Of a stretch of DNA of 64,000 nucleotides, positions 56,177-64,000 are shown one piece after another. Under the pieces are notes generated by a model. It was given only the letters and a program-made list of their open reading frames with translations, did not search any database and was not told where the DNA came from. The translations under genes and the position numbers were made by a program. The first letter of the stretch is position 1. Each line of letters opens with the position of its first letter. The DNA comes from Octopus vulgaris (taxonomy: Eukaryota): the NCBI GenBank assembly GCA_951406725.2, contig OX597835.1:48050001-48114000 (forward strand), in the 5' to 3' direction.

Positions 56177-56242
<66 letters not shown>

Positions 56243-56316
56243 TATCAGAGGATAGCTATTTGTTCATGAGAGTATATATGTGTATATATATATATATTTA
56301 TATGTATGTATGTATG

Positions 56317-56367
<51 letters not shown>

Positions 56368-56370
56368 ATG

Positions 56371-56404
<34 letters not shown>

Positions 56405-56789
56405 TATATACTCTCATGAACAAATACCTATCCTCTGATATTTACGGAAAAAAAGCAAATAAATAAATATAAATATAAGTCAATGGATAAAACTGAAAGG
56501 TAAAAGGACGTATATTCGGTGAATTTCTTCCTGGCTGTAAATATTTTCTATTCATAATGAAATGCTCTCCTTCATAAAATGCTCAGGTTATGTCATGCTT
56601 AAGAGTTCTAAAAAGAATGAAATGATGCTTTACATGAAAATTTAAATCTAGATATGTTAATAAATTAGTAATAATGAAGCAGATATATGCATAGATATGT
56701 TCTATCTATCTGCTTCCTTATCCCTTTATTACAATTTTAAACTTGAAATCCACCCAAATATTATAAAGATAGGATCATACCCTTGGTAC

Positions 56790-56866
<77 letters not shown>

Positions 56867-57551
56867 CAATATACGTTATATCCAGTAAGCCTTTATAAAC
56901 TCATATTGTGCAAATCACACGACGCCCTCGGCAGCTGAGAGTTTGTGCAAACGTTTCGTATTCATTAATTCTCATCAGGGATCGCTTCTTTCACCGATCA
57001 ACAACCGGCGTAGAGTTGAGTATAATCTGATGTGGAATGTAAAAAACAAACTATTAGTAGCGAAAAACAGAAATTTACATTAGAGTACATGTTAAAGCTT
57101 AGTATTTTAATAAGAAATCCACCTACAAAGCATCGTCAGATATATACATGTGTGTATGTTTATACATGTCTGTATGTGAGTACGTTTTTGTGTGTGTATT
57201 ATTTGTGAATTATATTCATTCAATGTAGATAATTTTTCTGTGACAGTGGCAGACACACGCATACATATACACATACCTATACGTAGAAACTCACACACAC
57301 ACGCAGACATATGTACATAAAGGCAAATATTTATCTTAACACATACATATGTAAGCATATATTTATGCATATAGGTGTATGTTTACGCATGTTGGTTTAT
57401 AATCTCATATGTGTGTGTGTGTGTGTGTACGTGTGTGTAAATATGTATATAAGTGTGTATGTATTTATTGAAAAATTGTTACGCCTCGCGCTGTCTGAGA
57501 CAACTAAATATGGCAGTAAATACATTAAAGCCGAGTAAAAATTAATTTTAA

Positions 57552-57607
57552 GGCTGCAGTGTGTAGGTTCAAGTCCCAAGAGGGGTTTGAACTTACACAT
57601 TGAAGCC
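57552..57607 (+). ncRNA. Pre-miRNA-like hairpin candidate
   Basis: 26-position stem with 21 Watson-Crick pairs, 4 G-U pairs and 1 mismatch; 4-nt loop. Confidence 0.4.
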
Positions 57608-57688
57608 GATAACTTCCTATGTCCCAGTTTCGACAAAATAGTGTTTAAATAATACAGAGATCGGACGAGGGTCTCCGGGCATTTACAT

Positions 57689-57741
<53 letters not shown>

Positions 57742-57955
57742 CACTCAAACACACAAACACGCATGCAAACATACACACATATATATATAGATATGTCTAT
57801 ACATATTTACATAGTCACATGTACATACGTATATTCTCATACATAAATGTGTTCGCGCGTGGTGGTGTGTACACGCATAAATGAAAATGATTGATCGGAA
57901 CGAAAAGGGATATAATACTATGGAATGTTTAAATATTCTCTCTCTCTCTCTCTCA

Positions 57956-58010
<55 letters not shown>

Positions 58011-58062
58011 CACACACACACATATATATATGTATGTATATATATATGTGTATATATATCTA

Positions 58063-58099
<37 letters not shown>

Positions 58100-58118
58100 C
58101 TCTATCTATCTATCTCTA

Positions 58119-58266
<148 letters not shown>

Positions 58267-58377
58267 TCTGAAATCTCGTTAACCTTCATTCCGAGTTTCG
58301 TAAATATGTTTATATATAAGTTCATGGGTGGAACGGGTGTGTGTGTGTTTGCTTATATCTTCATCGAATCCTGATTA

Positions 58378-58420
<43 letters not shown>

Positions 58421-58940
58421 TACTCCCCCTCTCGCTCTCTATTCATACACACATTTATACATATATATTGATATAGAGATATATACATATACATGCGTGC
58501 GCGAGTGACAGTGTGATTTGTTGTGAGAGATTTTATACAGACACACACAAACACGCATGCGCACAGAGCCATGCACACACACACACACACACATACACAA
58601 ACACACAAACACACAAACACACACACACACATACAGAAGAAGACAAAGTCTCTTATTCTTTGAATCGTATTGTTTCTGGTCAAAACTTCTTTCATAAATA
58701 TTTATGAAGACATAAATTCGAAGAAATATCTTTCCTCACGGGACCACTTGGAATCGATCCCACGACACACATCACTCCTCCCCTTGGTTTACAGGCAACC
58801 TTCAATACATTGGAGGCCCTTATTTAACGGCAAAGAAGATCGGATTTAAGTGTTGCGCTGTTCAGGTGAGATTAAATGAAGGCGAAGACGACACCCGATT
58901 ATCTTGGCCGATATTGCACACACGAAACACTAGCACACAC

Positions 58941-59016
<76 letters not shown>

Positions 59017-59047
59017 AGTGAAACAGAAATCTCTGTCTGTCTGTCTC

Positions 59048-59083
<36 letters not shown>

Positions 59084-59161
59084 TGTGTGTGTGTGCATAA
59101 GTGTGGGTGTTTATATATATAGATAGCAGGAGCTTTCTTTCTCTCTCTCTTTCTCACTCTT

Positions 59162-59196
<35 letters not shown>

Positions 59197-59711
59197 TTCA
59201 CATGGCATGTTTACGTTCAAGACGTATTTTTACTCAACATTTTATGCACTATACTATATAGAACATCATCGTATATGCACGCGTGCGTGCATGTGTGTGC
59301 AAGTGTGTGCGTGTGATTGTGTGCATGTGTGCGTGTGTGTGTGTGTACGTGTGCGTGTGTGTGTGTGAGAGTGTGGACACCTTGCAAGACAAAACGTATA
59401 CACACCCTCCTTAAGAAGCAGGCTTGGTTGCTCTACCCGCTCAGACACCAACGGATCGAACATGCAATCGGTAGTATTGATTACTAATTACCAGTGGCAC
59501 CAATATTGACCTCAGAGAATGAAGAAGTGTCAACGTGATCGGTAATCTCTCCGAAGACCTGTTGCCAGAGAGACTCATCGCTGCCACAGCTATGAGAAGT
59601 TGGTCAGAGCTCTAGCATGATTGAAAAGCTGTCCCTGTTTCATGGCAGAACCATGCGATGGCATTAATGGCGATCGAGTTGGAGCAATCACGTATGAATG
59701 CTGCGTCTTTA

Positions 59712-60106
59712 TCGGTCATTTGTTTCAGTCATTAAACTGCGGCCATGCTGGGGCACCATTTTGAAGAAATTTTTGTCGGACGAATCGAACTCTGTACATT
59801 TTTTCCAAGTTCGGTACTTACTTTTATCTGTATTTTCTTTTGCCGAACTGCTAACTTACGAGGGCGGAAACGCACCAACACCGGTTGCCAAGCGGTGGTG
59901 GGGATACACACACAAACACACACATACAAACACACACACACACACACACACACACATACGGTGGTCTTCTTTCTGTCTCTACAAATTCACTCACAAGGAT
60001 TTGGTCGACTCGATGCTACAGCCGAAAGCACTCGCCCAAGGTACCCTGCAGTGGGATTGAACCCAGAACCATGTGGCTGGGATGCAAGCTCCTTACCACA
60101 CAGACA
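59712..60106 (-). mobile_element. SINE family A
   Basis: Reverse complement of both modules. Confidence 0.88.
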
Positions 60107-60669
60107 CGTCAATCTTTCGAATTTAGAGTCAATTTTGACCTTCCACTTGCCTTGAAGCAAGGTTGGGAAAGAAGGACTCTTATTTTCTTCATTATCCTTA
60201 ATTCTTAAGCTCTTTTATAGTTTCTAGATATGGTGACTATTGGTAAGTATGAATTAAGGAGTGAATTCTCTTCTCAAGAACCCAAATTCAAAACTCTTTT
60301 GCTTCCAATAAGTTGTTGCATCCATAACAACAATCTGTATCTTGGATACTAGATTTGCAAACGCCGCATCATTTGTCCATATTTGTCCTCTTTCTGCTGT
60401 ATATTTCTGACAACATACGTGTCGAGAGAGCAGCTAAGTTCCAGAACAGAGCATGTTTCCATGTGTGTATGTAAACAATACCCAATATATTTTATATTAT
60501 TCTTCTGAACAGTGTCACCATTTTGGAAAGAGAGAGCGGGGTAATGTGACTCGTGAATATGATGCGTAGAATCTCTGAGTCTGTCAGAGGGTGTATCTGT
60601 CCGATTGACAGCACTTCCGTGTCTGTAGCTCTACCAGGCCATGAATCTCTGGAAGTTATCCATATGCAC

Positions 60670-60846
60670 TGGATAAATGTCTAGCGGCATTTATGTTTTT
60701 ATGCTCTGAGATCAAATTCTACCGAAGTCGCCTTTACCTTTCATTCTTTTCGGATCGATAAAATAAGTACCAGTGGAGTACTGGGGGCTCAAGTAATCTG
60801 CTTAGCCTGTTCCCCAAAATTTCAGGCCTTGTGTGCATAGTAGAAA

Positions 60847-60850
<4 letters not shown>
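60670..60850 (+). mobile_element. SINE family B followed by an (ATT)n tail expansion
   Basis: cctttcattcttttcggatcgataaaataagtaccag; (ATT/ATC)n runs 60850-61065. Confidence 0.8.
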
Positions 60851-60904
<54 letters not shown>

Positions 60905-60936
60905 CATCATCATCATCATTATTATCATTATTATCA

Positions 60937-60994
<58 letters not shown>

Positions 60995-61474
60995 CATTAT
61001 TATTTTTATTATTATTATTATCATTATTGTTGTTGTTGTTATTAAATTACATTATTATTATTATTCATACAGTATTTCTAATATCACATTATCTGAATGT
61101 TTTAAAATTCTTTAAAGACCATAAGGTATGATTTGAAGATGAGGATACGGTTGCTATTTCTAGCAGATTAAGTGACTTCAAAAAGGCTCAGCTTACTTTC
61201 TCTCGTTTTCCTCGTTCCCTTGTTGTTGTTGTCGTTGTTAATGCTCTATATTACTTTCTCCTTCGTCGGTGTTCATGTAATAATACCCAGTCATCCCACC
61301 CCTCCTTCATTCCCCACTCTGTCTGTCTGTCTACCTCTCGATCGGCCTTTGTGTCTGTCTGTCTGTCCTCTTGGGAGGTTGTCATCACTTGTCTCACACA
61401 TGTAAATTTCACTAGGAATACAATGGCACACAACCTCGTCGGGAGCAGAACGAAATATACCGTAACAGAGCAAA

Positions 61475-62290
61475 CACTACCGCCAACACCACCACCACCG
61501 CCGCCGCCGCTGCCATCAGCACTACCATCATCACTACCATCATCACTACCACCACGATAACCACAACCACAATCGCAACCACTATAACCACCACCTACAG
61601 CAACACCACAACCACAACTACAACAATTACCAATAAAATCACACCGATAACAACACAACAACAATACCACCACCACCATCCCCACAAATACCATTACCAC
61701 CACCACCACTACGAATACCATCACCACCACCATCAATACCATTACTACCACCAACACCGCTGCCACCAAAATCCGCGCCCTACCCAGCATCATCCTGACT
61801 AATAACACCGCTTGTGCTATCCCCGCAATTACACCCAAGATGGCGCGTCAACTACCACCACCACCACCACCACGAATACCACCACCACCACCACGAATAC
61901 CACCACCACCACCGCCGCCGCCACCACCAATGCCACCATCACCACCACCATTATGATCCCCACCCTCAATGCGACCATCACCTTCACCAATCAGCATCAT
62001 CACCATCAATGTCACCTTTCAACACTAGCGGTTCCCCTGCCCTTAGCATAAACACCGCCCGCCGCCGCCGCCGCCGCCAAACAGTTACAAATCCAGCTCC
62101 AACACCAACACTACCATGACCACCACAACTGTCAAAACCACGATAATATCACTAACACACCGCCACCACCATCACCATCATCAAATCCGCCACCTCCAAC
62201 AACAGCAACAACAACAAGAGAAATTCTTAGATTATCAGTGACAGCAGCGACAACCACATCAATATTACACCACCACCAACACCACCGTCG
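61475..62290. repeat. Degenerate (CCA)n/(CAA)n low-complexity tract
   Basis: C/A-rich triplet periodicity with stops in all plus frames. Confidence 0.85.
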
Positions 62291-62370
62291 TCATTGTCAT
62301 CAGCATCGACATGGTTGTCATCATCTTCATGTCGTCAACATTATCGACATCTTTCTCATCATTGTCATAA

Positions 62371-62821
<451 letters not shown>

Positions 62822-62900
62822 AGTCAAGTACCTTGAGATTCTTCAGCCTTAATGTTTTCACTACAGCAGTGGTAACATCCAAATAAGAATGACAAATACA

Positions 62901-62933
<33 letters not shown>

Positions 62934-63047
62934 CGGGGTCGATAAATTAAGAACCAGTTACGCACTGCGGTCGTTGTAATCGACTCAATCCGTTAGTCTG
63001 TCTTTGTTTGTCCCCTCTATCTTCAGCCCCTTGTGGGTAATAAAGAC
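62934..63047 (+). mobile_element. SINE family B, 3' half
   Basis: cggggtcgataaattaagaaccagttacgcactg..agccccttgtgggtaataaaga. Confidence 0.88.
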
Positions 63048-63060
63048 ATATATATATATA

Positions 63061-63220
63061 CGACGGGCTCCCTTTAGTCTTCGTCAACGAAATTCGCTCA
63101 CAAGGCATTGATCGTTGATCGAGGCTAAGAGACTCGATACACACAAGGTGCTGCGCAATGAGACTGAACTCGTCACCGGGCTGTTGAGAAGGAAACTTCC
63201 CACCGCACAGCCACGCCTGC
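63061..63220 (-). mobile_element. SINE family A, 5' half
   Basis: cgacgggct..ctcacaaggc..caaggtgc..gactgaac..cagccacgcctgcg. Confidence 0.8.
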
Positions 63221-63309
63221 GATATGTATGAATGTGTGTGTGTGTGCGCGTACACACAAACACACACACACACACACGCGCATACACACAGACGCATACA
63301 CACACACAT

Positions 63310-63615
63310 TTGCTTCCCAGCGATATAGTCCTGGGTTTCGACCCACTGCGAGGGAACTTGGGTGGGTGTCTTTTGTTCTGGCTTCGGGCCGACCACAATG
63401 TCGTGAGTGGGTTTGAAAGACGAAAATATACATGCATAGAATATATCTACGGGCTTCTTTCCTTTGTGTCTGTCTTTGTCAACCGGTGTTGGAGTGTTTA
63501 CGACCGGTAAATTAGCGGTTCGGTACAACAGAGTGTTAAAGCACGTACGAGACTTAAAATGCTTGGACGCAGTGCCCCAGTATGGCCGAAGATTAATGAG
63601 TGAAAGAGCAAAAGA
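63310..63615 (+). mobile_element. SINE family A, diverged
   Basis: cccactgcgagggaacttggg..tcgggccgacc..aaccggtgttgg..gtgccccagtatggccg. Confidence 0.75.
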
Positions 63616-63619
63616 TTAT

Positions 63620-63774
63620 GCGTGGGTCTGTGGTAAGATGTTTGCTTCCCAACCACATGGTTCAGAGTTCAGTCCCAATGAGTGGACCCTTACAGGAGTG
63701 TCTTCTACTTTAGCTTCGGGCCGACCAAAGCCCTATGAGTGGATTGGCAGACGGAAACTGAAAGAAGACCGTCG

Positions 63775-63776
<2 letters not shown>
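63620..63776 (+). mobile_element. SINE family A, 5' half running into (TA)n
   Basis: tggtaagatgtttgcttcccaaccacatgg..acggaaactgaaagaagaccgtcgt. Confidence 0.88.
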
Positions 63777-63827
<51 letters not shown>

Positions 63828-64000
63828 CACATATATATATATGTATGTATATATATAGATATATATATAGATATATATTGATATATAAATTATACGTATT
63901 TATATATGTATAATATATATATATGAATAAATATATATATACATATATGTATGTATATATCTATATTTATATCTATCTATCTATATCTATATATATATAT

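Noticed and set aside
56945-56985. Minus-strand CTGATGA..GAAACGTT hammerhead core
   Set aside because: The core is exact but stem I cannot form and stem II is weak; not distinguishable from chance.
61251-62119. Pro/Thr/Val/Gly-rich ORFs
   Set aside because: Products of a degenerate (CCA)n tract, without convincing splice sites.

Overview
AT-rich, gene-poor eukaryotic DNA saturated with (TA)n/(CA)n/(GA)n and triplet microsatellites. The repeat complement (tRNA-derived SINEs with an internal microsatellite, MetaSINE-like SINEs, Penelope-like termini) points to an octopus/coleoid cephalopod genome; this is an inference from repeat content. Almost all ORFs in the track are microsatellite artefacts and no conserved host gene is recognisable. 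The window holds about 40 SINE copies of at least 4 families, decayed mariner, rosa/DD41D-like and pogo/Tigger transposases, a Tigger-type MITE, a probable non-autonomous Helitron and a TSD-flanked RTE-like element with an HDV-ribozyme-like head. The most striking signal is a recurring set of short, (TA)n-embedded elements carrying minimal hammerhead-ribozyme motifs (best copy 42526-42585). Four of them are near-perfect fold-back palindromes whose centre falls in or just 5' of the hammerhead motif, and several have a CCGAnGA core instead of CUGAnGA. Also notable are a 26-bp G-U-rich pre-miRNA-like hairpin (57552-57607) and a weak candidate spliced low-complexity gene fragment (44823-45642, minus). 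All structures were read by eye and boundaries of decayed repeats are approximate.
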